A stretch of DNA of 64,000 bases from an uncultured Gemmatimonadales bacterium (GTDB lineage: Bacteria; Gemmatimonadota; Gemmatimonadetes; Longimicrobiales; RSA9): contig CAVUKA010000001.1 of NCBI GenBank assembly GCA_963741945.1, positions 480,001-544,000 on the forward strand, read 5' to 3'. The notes beneath the pieces were generated by a model. It was not told the origin of the DNA, searched no databases, and was given only the letters and a program-made list of their open reading frames with translations. Shown piece after piece: positions 48,107 through 57,675 of this stretch (positions are counted from its first letter, which is position 1; the number at the start of each line of letters is the position of its first letter). Both the position numbers and the translations under genes were made by a program.

Positions 48107-49156
48107 GTGCTCGACCACTGGGCACCGCGTCTGCGGGGGGTGGCGATGGCACTGGTCGTCGCCGCCCCCGCGACGGCGCAAGGTCCCCTTGACTCCCATG
48201 GCGTCGAGATCATGGCGGCCCAGACCGTCGATGCGTCCGTATTCGACGACGGTCGCAGCGCCGGCCGCGCGATCCGTGGAATCACGGACGTGGGGGTGTC
48301 CCTGGATTTCAGTTCGCTCCTCGGAATCCCCGGAGCGACGTTCTTCGCACAGGGACTGTTCCTCCTCGGCGCCAACGGATCCGATGCCGTGGGCGGAGTG
48401 CAGGCGTTCTCCAACATCGACGCCACCCCGTTCACGGGCCCGGGCGAGCTCTGGTACGAACAGCGGCTCATGGGCGAGCGGCTGCGCTGGAAGGTGGGCC
48501 GCGTGGATGCGGCCACGGAGTTCGCTGCCGTGAACGCCGCCGCGGGGTTCCTGAACGCCGCGTTCGGGCTCAGCCCCACCTTTTCCCGCGCACCCACATA
48601 TCCGAGCCCCGCTCCCAGTGTGAACGTCTTCGTGCAACCCGCTTTTCCCCTGAGCTTGGCGGTGGGAGCGTATGCCGCCGCGGACTACGGCTCTCCGTCT
48701 GACGGTGATGGCCCCTTCTATGTCGCGGAGGCGGCCATCCACCAGGCTGACCCGGGCGCCGTCGGCCGCACCGCCTTGGGAGTCTGGCGCGCGGGAGGCA
48801 GCGGCGGCTGGTATGTCCTCGGTCAGCGTTCACTGGCAATGGACGACGGCTCGCCCCGGGTGCGCCTGGTCGCCTTCGCGCTTGCCGGCAGAGCCGACCA
48901 CGGTGGGGCGGATGCCCGGCTTCATCTCGCCTCGGGCATGGTGGCACGGGCCCCGTTCAAGAAGCGCCCCGACGACGAAGCCGGCTTCGGCTACACGGGC
49001 GTGCTGCTTCCAGATGGCGGCACGGAGCAGGCATTCGAAGCCTACTACGGCCTCCGTGTCGCGCCCTGGCTCGAGATAAGGCCCGACCTCCAGCACCTGA
49101 GGACCGGCTCCCGCGGCGTGACGGCCACCACTCTCCGCATCGTGATGATCAAGTAA
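48107..49156 (+). CDS. OprB-like carbohydrate-selective porin
   Basis: Signal peptide; VGGVQAFSNID, ELWYEQ, LRWKVGRVDAATEF, PTYPSPAP, RPDDEAGFG, EAYYGLRVAPWLEIRPDLQ; 2 bp after MCP2 stop. Confidence 0.75.
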   Translation: MLDHWAPRLRGVAMALVVAAPATAQGPLDSHGVEIMAAQTVDASVFDDGRSAGRAIRGITDVGVSLDFSSLLGIPGATFFAQGLFLLGANGSDAVGGVQAFSNIDATPFTGPGELWYEQRLMGERLRWKVGRVDAATEFAAVNAAAGFLNAAFGLSPTFSRAPTYPSPAPSVNVFVQPAFPLSLAVGAYAAADYGSPSDGDGPFYVAEAAIHQADPGAVGRTALGVWRAGGSGGWYVLGQRSLAMDDGSPRVRLVAFALAGRADHGGADARLHLASGMVARAPFKKRPDDEAGFGYTGVLLPDGGTEQAFEAYYGLRVAPWLEIRPDLQHLRTGSRGVTATTLRIVMIK

Positions 49157-49175
49157 ATCCTCCTTCCGCCGATAA
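49149..49175 (+). promoter_or_regulatory. sigma28 promoter for MCP3
   Basis: TCAA-N15-GCCGATAA. Confidence 0.75.
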
Positions 49176-49256
49176 CTGAAACACTGACGACGGCGGCGTT
49201 AGGATGCGCCTGGTGGACCTCCCGGGCTGGATATGATGCGAAAAGGAGCGAACAAC

Positions 49257-51485
49257 ATGCTGTGGTTCAACAACCTTAAGGTCGGCACCAAACTGATCGC
49301 CGGCTTCCTCACTGTCGCCGCACTGGTGGTGGCGGTCGGAGCCGTCGGGATTCGCAGCACCAGCAAAGTCAATGACATGGCCGACGAGATGTACGAACAG
49401 GAGCTCCTGGGGCTCTCGTACATCATGGCCGCCAACATCGACCTGGTGGGTCTGGGCCGCGCCACTCGCGAGCTGCTCCTCTCGTCCACCACCGACGACC
49501 AGACGGCGCAACGGCAGGAGGTCGAGCATTTCCGGGCCAACCTCAAGGCCGACATCGAGAAGGCAACGCCGCTGATCTACACCGCCGACGCGAAACGGCT
49601 CCTGTCGGACCTCAATCAGGTCTGGGCAGACTACGACCGGCTCAACGAGGAAGCAATCGGTCTGGCGGTGCGGGAGCCGCTCCCGGCCGAGCGTCCTTCC
49701 GTCAAGCTGGTCATGGGCCCTGCCCTGAAGCTGTCCGACCGGGCAGATTCGCTGCTCTCACAGCTCTCGACCGTGAAGGAGGGGAACGCTCAGCGGGCCT
49801 CCGAGGTCACCACCAGCACCTACGAGCACAGCCGCCTAGCCCTGATCCTGCTCGTCGTGACGGCGACCGTGGTCGGTATCCTCATCGGCGTCCTGCTGAC
49901 GCGCAGCATTCGCAATGGGCTGGGAAAGGCCGTGTGGCTGATGGGCGAGGTCGGCAGCGGGCACCTGAGCGAGCGCGCGGACATGGACCGCGCCGACGAG
50001 CTGGGGCAGCTGATCGGCAGCATGAATCAGTTTGCCTCCGACCTCCAGGAGCACGTGGTCGGAGTCCTGAACCGGCTCAGCCGCGGCGACACCACCACGG
50101 AGCTGATCCGCAAGGACGAGCGCGACGAGATCTCGCCTGCCCTCTTCGGACTTCGCGACTCCCTGCGCACGCTCGTCGGTGAGTCCCAGAGCCTGGTCGA
50201 TGCCGCCCTCGCCGGCCGCCTCGATCAGCGCGCCGACGCAGGCGCGCTCGAGGGCGGCTACCGCGACGTGGTGGACGGCTTCAACGCCACCCTCGACGCC
50301 ATGGCGGAACCGATTGGCGAAGCCGCCGATGTCCTGGGCCGCGTGGCCGAGCGCGATCTGACCACCCGCATGACGGGCGACTACAAGGGCGACTACGCGC
50401 GGATCAAGACCTCCCTCAACAGTGCGCTGGACAATCTCGAGAACGCGCTTTCCGAGGTGGCCGCCACGGCCGGGCAGGTGGCATCGGCGGCGGACGAGAT
50501 CGCGGGCGGGAGCCAGAACCTGGCCGAGGGAGCCAGCGAGCAGGCCTCCTCGCTGGAGGAAGTCGCCAGCTCGCTGCAGGAACTCGCGTCCATGGCCACG
50601 CAGAACACGGGCAACGCCCGCGAGGCGCGGGGGCTGGCGGAGGCCGCCGGCTCCAGCACGGACGGCGGCGCGGAAGCCATGCAGCGGCTGAGCGCCACGG
50701 TGCACCGGATCAAGGAGTCCAGTGATGCCACGGGCCGGATCGTGAAGACCATCGACGAGATCGCCTTCCAGACCAACCTGCTGGCGCTGAACGCTGCGGT
50801 GGAAGCGGCGCGGGCGGGTGAGGCCGGGAAGGGCTTCGCCGTGGTGGCGGAGGAAGTGCGCAACCTGGCCATGCGCAGCGCCGAGGCGGCCAAGGAGACG
50901 GCGCGCCTGATCGAGGAGAGCGTGGAGAGCTCCGAGGAGGGCGTGGCCGTGCAGGGCGAGGTGGTGGGCAAGCTCGAGGAGATCCGCGGCGGCGTCTCCC
51001 GCGTCCGGGAAGTCATGGCCGAGATCGCCGCGGCCAGCGAGCAGCAGACGGACGGCGTGGGGCAGATCAACGAGGCGGTGGAGGAGATGAACGCGGTGAC
51101 ACAGCGCTCCGCCGCCAGCAGCGAGGAGAGCGCCAGCGCCGCCGAGGAGCTCAGCGGTCAGGCGCAGCGCATGTCCGAGCTCGTCGCCGCCTTCACGCTC
51201 TCGAACGCGAACACGAACGGTGGCGCGCTGCGCAGGCCTGCGGCCGCGCACGCCCCGGCAACCCGCTCGGCCTCCCCGCACAAGGGCAGCGGTGGCAACG
51301 GCTCGGGCAACGGCGGCAGCGGCAATCGGCGCGCCGCGAATGGCGCTGGCAGCGGTCGAGCCGCGGCGAAAGCCACGGGGAACGGTCACACCGGCACGAG
51401 CCGCATCGCCTCGCGACCGGTGGCACCGGAGGCGCTGATCCCCTTCGAGGAGATCGACTCCGAGTCGAGACTCAGGGACTTCTGA
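49257..51485 (+). CDS. Methyl-accepting chemotaxis protein MCP3 (intact)
   Basis: AGGAG RBS; TM1-4HB-TM2-HAMPs-signalling domain; C-terminal [19 protein letters not shown]. Confidence 0.96.
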   Translation: MLWFNNLKVGTKLIAGFLTVAALVVAVGAVGIRSTSKVNDMADEMYEQELLGLSYIMAANIDLVGLGRATRELLLSSTTDDQTAQRQEVEHFRANLKADIEKATPLIYTADAKRLLSDLNQVWADYDRLNEEAIGLAVREPLPAERPSVKLVMGPALKLSDRADSLLSQLSTVKEGNAQRASEVTTSTYEHSRLALILLVVTATVVGILIGVLLTRSIRNGLGKAVWLMGEVGSGHLSERADMDRADELGQLIGSMNQFASDLQEHVVGVLNRLSRGDTTTELIRKDERDEISPALFGLRDSLRTLVGESQSLVDAALAGRLDQRADAGALEGGYRDVVDGFNATLDAMAEPIGEAADVLGRVAERDLTTRMTGDYKGDYARIKTSLNSALDNLENALSEVAATAGQVASAADEIAGGSQNLAEGASEQASSLEEVASSLQELASMATQNTGNAREARGLAEAAGSSTDGGAEAMQRLSATVHRIKESSDATGRIVKTIDEIAFQTNLLALNAAVEAARAGEAGKGFAVVAEEVRNLAMRSAEAAKETARLIEESVESSEEGVAVQGEVVGKLEEIRGGVSRVREVMAEIAAASEQQTDGVGQINEAVEEMNAVTQRSAASSEESASAAEELSGQAQRMSELVAAFTLSNANTNGGALRRPAAAHAPATRSASPHKGSGGNGSGNGGSGNRRAANGAGSGRAAAKATGNGHTGTSRIASRPVAPEALIPFEEIDSESRLRDF
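50424..51194 (+). repeat. 771-bp near-identical MCP signalling-domain block, copy 3
   Basis: See copy 1; similarity to MCP1 extends about 450 bp further upstream. Confidence 0.9.
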
Positions 51486-51642
51486 GCGGGCCGGCGCCTG
51501 GCGCGGCTTGACGGCCGCGACCGCCACCCCCTGTATCCCGGCCCGCGAGGGTCCGAAGAGCGGCGCACCAGCCACCTGCTGGTGCGCCGCTCTCGCATCG
51601 CGCATCGTGCTGGAGCCGCCTTCCTCCAGACACGGAGCGCCC

Positions 51643-53238
51643 ATGCCCTCGCCCAGCTACGGCTTCGGAGCCTATCTCGACGCGCTTTCCAGCGACTGGT
51701 TCGCCGACGACCGCCTCCTCCAGCAGCTCCTCGACCGCTACGCCGGCGGCGCGGGCCGGGACCGTATCGCCGCCTTCGGCCCGGTCGCGGCCGGCCGGCT
51801 GCGCGCGCTGGCGGAGGAGTCGGCGCGGCCGGCGAACGCGCCGCGGTTGCGTCGCCTGGATGGCTGGGATCGGCGCGTGGACGCCATCGAGCTCCCGGGC
51901 TCCACGGTGGAAGCGCTGGCGGTCGCCGAGGGCGACGCCGGGCTCGGCGCGGTCCACGGCGATCCGTTCGTTCACTATGCCATGATCTACCTCCTGGCGC
52001 AGAACGGTGAGGCCGGGGTGGCGTGCTCGCTGGCGTGCACGGACGGCCTGGTCCGCGCCCTCGACGCCGTCGGGGACCGGCCGGTCCACGCCCGCGTGGC
52101 GGCCGCGGTGCGGGCGTCCACGGCGGAGCGCTACGTCCACGGGGCTCAGTTCGTCACGGAGATCCAGGGGGGCTCGGACATTCCCGCCAACGAGGCGGTG
52201 GCGGTACCCGACGGCGATGCGTACCGGATCCGCGGCCAGAAATGGTTCTGCTCCAACATCAACGCCGACTGGTTCCTGGTGACGGCGCGCGCGCTGGAAC
52301 GGGACGGAGCGGACGCGGACGACGAGGGCGGCATCCCGCCCGAGGCCCTCGCCGACGCTCCCGTCTCCCTATTCCTCGTCCCGGCGCTCGCCGGGGAGGA
52401 GGACCCGGGGCCGCGCCCCGACGCCGGGGGCGACGCCCGGCTGGCCGGCGGTGCGCGCAACGGCTACGACATCGACCGCCTGAAGGAGAAGCTCGGGACC
52501 CGGGAGCTGGCCACGGCCGAAGTCACGTTCCACGGCGCGCTGGCATGGCCGGTGGGGCCCCTCGAGCGCGGCGTGCCCAACCTGCTGCGCTACGTGCTGA
52601 CCCCGTCCCGGGTGGCGTGCGTTCTGTTCGCGGCCGCTGCGCTGCGGCGAGCCGAGCGGGTCACGCGCGCCTACACGGGCTTCCGCCAGGCGTTCGGGCG
52701 GCCCATCGCCCAGTACCCGCTCGTGGCGCGCACCCTGGACCAGATCACGCGGGCACGCGCCGACGCGCTCGGCGCCGCGTTCGATCTGGTGCGGCGCTGG
52801 GAGGCCGCGGAAACGAGCGGATACCGGGCTGCGGACGCGGCGGATTTCCGGATCCTCCTGAGTCTGGCCAAACCCGTGCTCACGCGGCGCGCCACCACGC
52901 TGCTGCACGACGCCATGATGCTCCTGGCCGGCAATGGCATCGAGGAGGCGTTCTCGCCGCTCCCCCGCCTCTACAGGGACAGCGTGATCATGGAAACCTG
53001 GGAGGGCCCCCACAACGTCCTGTTCACCCAGGCGCTCCGCGACATGGCCCGCTTCCAGATCGAGCCCGGTCCGTTCCTCCGGCGGGTCACGGGCGACGAT
53101 CGGCCCACCATCCGCCAGGGGCTCGAGACCGCGCTCGCGGAGACAGCCGCCGGGCACCCGGGTGAGGGCGCGCTGGCAGTCGCGGACATCGCGCCTGAGC
53201 TCATCGCCGCCGCGGCGGAGATCGCGCTGGGCGGCTAG
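51643..53238 (+). CDS. Acyl-CoA dehydrogenase family protein (AidB-like)
   Basis: [53 protein letters not shown]. Confidence 0.9.
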   Translation: MPSPSYGFGAYLDALSSDWFADDRLLQQLLDRYAGGAGRDRIAAFGPVAAGRLRALAEESARPANAPRLRRLDGWDRRVDAIELPGSTVEALAVAEGDAGLGAVHGDPFVHYAMIYLLAQNGEAGVACSLACTDGLVRALDAVGDRPVHARVAAAVRASTAERYVHGAQFVTEIQGGSDIPANEAVAVPDGDAYRIRGQKWFCSNINADWFLVTARALERDGADADDEGGIPPEALADAPVSLFLVPALAGEEDPGPRPDAGGDARLAGGARNGYDIDRLKEKLGTRELATAEVTFHGALAWPVGPLERGVPNLLRYVLTPSRVACVLFAAAALRRAERVTRAYTGFRQAFGRPIAQYPLVARTLDQITRARADALGAAFDLVRRWEAAETSGYRAADAADFRILLSLAKPVLTRRATTLLHDAMMLLAGNGIEEAFSPLPRLYRDSVIMETWEGPHNVLFTQALRDMARFQIEPGPFLRRVTGDDRPTIRQGLETALAETAAGHPGEGALAVADIAPELIAAAAEIALGG

Positions 53239-53374
53239 CCGCAGGCCGGGGAACGGCGGGCCGGCAGCGGAGAGGCGGAACGCCGGCATTGCGAGGCGGG
53301 GTCCCCGGGAGGCATCATTGGGGCCGGACCCACCGCCTCGCGCGGCTCCCTCCCCTCTCCCCGGAGACACCTCG

Positions 53375-53833
53375 ATGCTGAGTGAATTCCGAAAGTTCGT
53401 GGCCCGCGGCAACGTCCTGGACATGGCCGTGGGGATCATCATCGGCGCCGCGTTCACCACCGTGGTGAAGTCGCTGGTCGACGACATCATCATGCCGCCC
53501 ATCGGCAGGCTCACGGGCGGTGTCGACTTCGCCAACCTCTACATCAATCTCTCCGGGGGGAGCTACGCGTCGCTGGCCGAGGCGAAGGATGCGGGGGCCG
53601 CGACCATCAACTACGGCCTCTTTCTGAACAACACCATCAGCTTCCTCATCGTGGCGTTCGCCGTCTTCATGCTGGTGCGCAACTACAACCGCTTCATGGA
53701 GCGCGGCGAGAAGGAAGAAGCCCCCGGCCCACAGCCGGAAGCGCGGCTCTGCCCGCAATGCCGGTTCGAGATCCCTCCCGAGGCCACGCGCTGCGGCCAC
53801 TGCACCACCCAGCTGACGGGCGTGCCGGCGTAA
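53375..53833 (+). CDS. mscL: Large-conductance mechanosensitive channel MscL with C-terminal zinc ribbon
   Basis: [46 protein letters not shown]...CGHC. Confidence 0.96.
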   Translation: MLSEFRKFVARGNVLDMAVGIIIGAAFTTVVKSLVDDIIMPPIGRLTGGVDFANLYINLSGGSYASLAEAKDAGAATINYGLFLNNTISFLIVAFAVFMLVRNYNRFMERGEKEEAPGPQPEARLCPQCRFEIPPEATRCGHCTTQLTGVPA

Positions 53834-54011
53834 GAGCGGACGTGCGGCCCGGCGGCCGCCGCCGGGAGGGCCCGCCCACCGCCGCATGGGGGACGATCCG
53901 CGAGGCCGGCCGGTTGACGGCCCGCGTCGTGCAGCCGTATAGGTTACCGATCGTTCGCCCGCACCACCGCACCGGTGCGGGCGCCGCATTCCCCCACCGG
54001 AGCATCGATTC

Positions 54012-55112
54012 ATGGCGCGTTTCCCGAGATTGCCACGCATCCGCTCGACCGCACCCCTCGCCCTCGTGCTCGCCGCGGCAGCCCTGACCAGCGCGTGCGG
54101 CGACAGCAACCCCACCGGCGCGTCGGCCACGGCCGACGTGAAGGTGATGACCCAGAACCTCTATCTCGGTGGCGACATCTTCAAGCTGACCGAGGCGACC
54201 TCCCCCACGCAGGTCCCGGCGCTGGCCGCCCAGATCTTCGCCACCGTCAAGGCCAACGATTTCCCGGCGCGCGCGGGCGCGCTCGCGGCGGAGATCGCGG
54301 CCGCCAACCCGGACCTCATCGGGCTCCAGGAGGTCGAAACGTTCCGGATCCAGGACCCGAGCGACTACGTCACCGGCACGACGGGGCCGAACGCCACCAC
54401 CGTGTACCTGGACTTCCTGGCCGTGCTCATGGACTCCCTCACCGCGCGCGGTCTGAACTACCAGGTGGCCAGCGAAGTGGAGAACGCGGACGTGGAGCTC
54501 CCGGCCGCGAAGAGCGCGACGGAGTTCTTCGACATCCGGATGACCGACCATGACGTCATCCTGGCCAGGTCCGACGTCCAGACGAGCAACCCGGGATCGG
54601 CGCAGTACCAGACGCGCGTTCCGTTCGAGCTGGCGCCCGGTGACACCGTCTGGTTCCAGCGCGGCTACGCATGGGTGGACGCCCGCCTCGAGGATGTCGA
54701 CTTCACCTTCGCCAGCACGCACCTCGAAGTGAGCGCGGGCGGGCAGCTGACCCTGGTCCAGCAGGCACAGGCGGCCGAGCTGATGCAGCACTTTTCCGGT
54801 CAGTCGCCGCTCATCGTGGTGGGTGACTTCAATTCCGCCCCGGGCACCGCCCCGTACAACGATCTCACGGGCATGTTCACGGACGCGTGGACGGCGTCCG
54901 GGAGCTCCGGCGCGGGGCTCACCTGTTGCCAGCCGGAGCTGCTGAGCCAGAGTCAGTCCCTGTACGAGCGCATCGACCTGGTCCTCTTCACCGCTGGCGT
55001 CGACGCGGTCGCCGTCCACGTGGTCGGGAACCAGGCGACGGACAAGACGGCCAGCGGCCTCTGGCCCTCCGACCACGCGGGCGTGGTGGCCGAGCTGCAG
55101 GTCAACGACTAG
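54012..55112 (+). CDS. Endonuclease/exonuclease/phosphatase-family lipoprotein
   Basis: Lipobox LTSAC; MTQNLYLG, LIGLQEV, STHLE, VGDFNS, RIDLV, PSDHAGV. Confidence 0.9.
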   Translation: MARFPRLPRIRSTAPLALVLAAAALTSACGDSNPTGASATADVKVMTQNLYLGGDIFKLTEATSPTQVPALAAQIFATVKANDFPARAGALAAEIAAANPDLIGLQEVETFRIQDPSDYVTGTTGPNATTVYLDFLAVLMDSLTARGLNYQVASEVENADVELPAAKSATEFFDIRMTDHDVILARSDVQTSNPGSAQYQTRVPFELAPGDTVWFQRGYAWVDARLEDVDFTFASTHLEVSAGGQLTLVQQAQAAELMQHFSGQSPLIVVGDFNSAPGTAPYNDLTGMFTDAWTASGSSGAGLTCCQPELLSQSQSLYERIDLVLFTAGVDAVAVHVVGNQATDKTASGLWPSDHAGVVAELQVND

Positions 55113-55273
55113 GACCGACCCGAGCCCGTACCCTCCCCCCGGGCGGAGGGGGCCGCGCCCCCTCCGCCACCGCGCTCCGCGGCCGCTCAGCGGCGCGCTG
55201 GTCCGATTCTCGCGCGCCCACGAGCGCCACTGGAGCCGCAGGAGCCGCCGCAGGAGCCGCGGCAGGAGGGCGC

Positions 55274-57058
55274 ATGCGGGACGATCATCTGAAAGAGCAC
55301 GGGATCGGAGCCCTCGACTTCCGGGCGCTCTTCGAGGCCACGCCCACCCCCTACGCAGTGATCAGCCCGCCCGAGTTCACCATCGAGGCGGTCAACGACG
55401 CCTACCTGAGGGCCACGGCGAAACGCCGCGAGCAGATCCTCGGAGAGCCCCTGTTCCACGTCTTCCCGGACGACGCATCGGATCCCGACGCCACCGGGGC
55501 GACGAGCCTGCTCCGCTCCCTCCGGACGGTCGTGCGTACGAAACGGCCGGACGCCATGCCGGTGCAGAAGTACAGCCTTCACGCGCCGGAGACCGGGGAT
55601 GAGGAGGCCGAGGCCCGATGGTGGGCGGTTCTCAACACTCCGGTCCTGGACACGGACGGGAGCGTCCTGCGCGTCATCCACCGGATCGAAGACGTGACCG
55701 AGGCTGTCCGATCGAGAGCCCCGCGGGAGATCCGGTCTCTGATCAAGGCGCAGCAGAACGCCATCGTTCGCCTGCGCGAAGCCAATGACGCGCTGCACCG
55801 CGAATCGGAGGAGCGGCGGATGGCCGAAGATCGGCTCCGTGCCGTCCTGGAGAACTCCGTGGACGCCGCGTATCGTCGCAACTTCGAATCCGAGTCGTAC
55901 GACTACCTGGGCCCGGCCACGCACGGGGTGCTCGGCGTAGAAGCCGAAACGCTCATGCGGATGCCCATGGAGAAAGTGGTCCTGAGGCTCCACCCCGATG
56001 ACCGCAGCCGGGTGGTGGACGCCATGGAGACGGCCATCGCCACGGGAGAAGGGCGCATTGAATACCGCTTCTTCGGCGACGACCACCGGTATCACTGGGT
56101 GGCCGACTACTTCACCGTCCAGCGGGACGAGAGCGGGCGCCCGGTGTCGCGCACCGGCGTGATCCGCAACATCGCGGCGAGGAAGAAGGCCGAGGCGGAG
56201 CGCGACCGCCAGCAGCAGGCCGCCGAGCTGGCCAACCGCGCCAAGAGCCAGTTCCTCGCCGTCATGAGCCACGAGATCCGGACACCGCTGAACGCCATCC
56301 TCGGCTATACCAACCTGCTCCGGGACGGGGTGCTCGGAGAGATGCCCCCGCCCCAGGCCGAGTACCTCCAGCGCATTGCCGCCAACGGGTCCCACCTCCT
56401 CACGCTCATCAACGATGTCCTCGACCTCGCGAAGATCGAGTCCGGCGAGCTGTCCATCCGGATCCAGCCCGTCCTCGCCCACGCCGCCATCCAGCAGGCG
56501 CTGGCCGTCATCGAGCCGCTCGTGAAAGCGAAGGGGCTGAGCCTCCAGGGCGACAATGTCCTGCACGCCAGCGTGCAGGTGTGGGGGGACGAGGACCGAG
56601 TCCGGCAAGTGCTCGTGAACCTCCTTTCCAACGCGTCCAAGTTCACGGAGCGGGGGACCATCCACCTGCGCACCCTCGTGCGCGCCCGCCGCCCCGCGGT
56701 CCTCCATGCCGCCCATGAAGGACCATGGATCGGCCTGGAAGTGCGCGACACGGGGATCGGCATTCCACCCGGCGCCTTCGAGCGGATCTTCCAGCCGTTC
56801 GTGCAGCAGGAAGGGAACATCTACACGCGCACCCACGAGGGCACCGGTCTCGGGCTCGCCATCAGTCGCCGGCTCGCTCGCATGATGGGCGGCGACGTCA
56901 CGGTGGAAAGCACCGAGGGCGAAGGGTCCACCTTCATCCTCTGGCTGGCGGCCGTCCAGGACAGCGACACCGGCCCGCCGGATCGGCGCACCGGAGACGA
57001 TCGCCGCACCGGGCTGAAGCGCCGCAGCGGCGAGCGGCGGTCGGCCGACCCGGACTGA
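55274..57058 (+). CDS. PAS-PAS sensor histidine kinase with Arg-rich DRR-repeat tail
   Basis: AKSQFLAVMSHEIRTPLN, NLLSNASKFT, DTGIGI, GTGLGLAISRRLA; tail GPPDRRTGDDRRTGLKRRSGERRS. Confidence 0.92.
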   Translation: MRDDHLKEHGIGALDFRALFEATPTPYAVISPPEFTIEAVNDAYLRATAKRREQILGEPLFHVFPDDASDPDATGATSLLRSLRTVVRTKRPDAMPVQKYSLHAPETGDEEAEARWWAVLNTPVLDTDGSVLRVIHRIEDVTEAVRSRAPREIRSLIKAQQNAIVRLREANDALHRESEERRMAEDRLRAVLENSVDAAYRRNFESESYDYLGPATHGVLGVEAETLMRMPMEKVVLRLHPDDRSRVVDAMETAIATGEGRIEYRFFGDDHRYHWVADYFTVQRDESGRPVSRTGVIRNIAARKKAEAERDRQQQAAELANRAKSQFLAVMSHEIRTPLNAILGYTNLLRDGVLGEMPPPQAEYLQRIAANGSHLLTLINDVLDLAKIESGELSIRIQPVLAHAAIQQALAVIEPLVKAKGLSLQGDNVLHASVQVWGDEDRVRQVLVNLLSNASKFTERGTIHLRTLVRARRPAVLHAAHEGPWIGLEVRDTGIGIPPGAFERIFQPFVQQEGNIYTRTHEGTGLGLAISRRLARMMGGDVTVESTEGEGSTFILWLAAVQDSDTGPPDRRTGDDRRTGLKRRSGERRSADPD

Positions 57059-57063
57059 CGCGC

Positions 57064-57603
57064 GTGCTCCGCTCCGCCCCGACGCGCCCGGGCACCGCAG
57101 CGCTCCTGCTCTTCCTCGCCGCCGGCTGCGGCGGCTCACCGCCCCGCGACCTCGCAGGGTTCCGGCTCGGCATGTCGCAGGCGGAAGTCATGGACGAAGC
57201 GCAGCGCCGCGGCGGCTTCACGTGCCGGCTCACAGGGACGCGGCCGAGCGAGGCCACCTGCACTGGTCCGTCCGCCGAGGGTGAGGTCGGAATCCTCGTC
57301 CGCGGCGACGCCGCCCTCCTCATCACGCTCCGCAACGACCTCCCGGCCGATCATCCCGCACGCGCCATGCGGCGCTTCGTCCGCGGCTTCGGCAGGCCCG
57401 CGTGGCGCGACCGGCCCTGGCCGCCCCGCCCCGCCCCGGCCGAGGGGTATCACACCCTCTGGCTGGACCACGACAGCACCCGCGCCGCCGCGGTCACCTG
57501 CCGCGGCCCCAGGCTCCAGCCTCCCTGCTCCGTGACCCTCTACCGCACCACGCCCGCCCGCGTCCAGGCGCGCCTGGATACGCTGCTCGGCATCCGCCGC
57601 TGA
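57064..57603 (+). CDS. Hypothetical lipoprotein
   Basis: Lipobox LAAGC; GFRLGMS motif; two further Cys pairs; 5 bp after kinase stop. Confidence 0.6.
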   Translation: MLRSAPTRPGTAALLLFLAAGCGGSPPRDLAGFRLGMSQAEVMDEAQRRGGFTCRLTGTRPSEATCTGPSAEGEVGILVRGDAALLITLRNDLPADHPARAMRRFVRGFGRPAWRDRPWPPRPAPAEGYHTLWLDHDSTRAAAVTCRGPRLQPPCSVTLYRTTPARVQARLDTLLGIRR

Positions 57604-57627
57604 TGAGCACACCTCTTGCACGGGTCA

Positions 57628-57642
57628 CAATAATAATTATTG
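57628..57642. promoter_or_regulatory. Fur/PerR-family 7-1-7 operator
   Basis: Perfect inverted repeat CAATAAT-A-ATTATTG in about 70% GC DNA, just after a TTGCAC hexamer and before the ATPase gene. Confidence 0.7.
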
Positions 57643-57675
57643 ATCGCGGAAAACGACCCGGAGGGTACACCCATC

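Noticed and set aside
49176-49256. c-di-GMP riboswitch in MCP leaders
   Set aside because: No match by eye to class I or II consensus; only scattered GGA motifs
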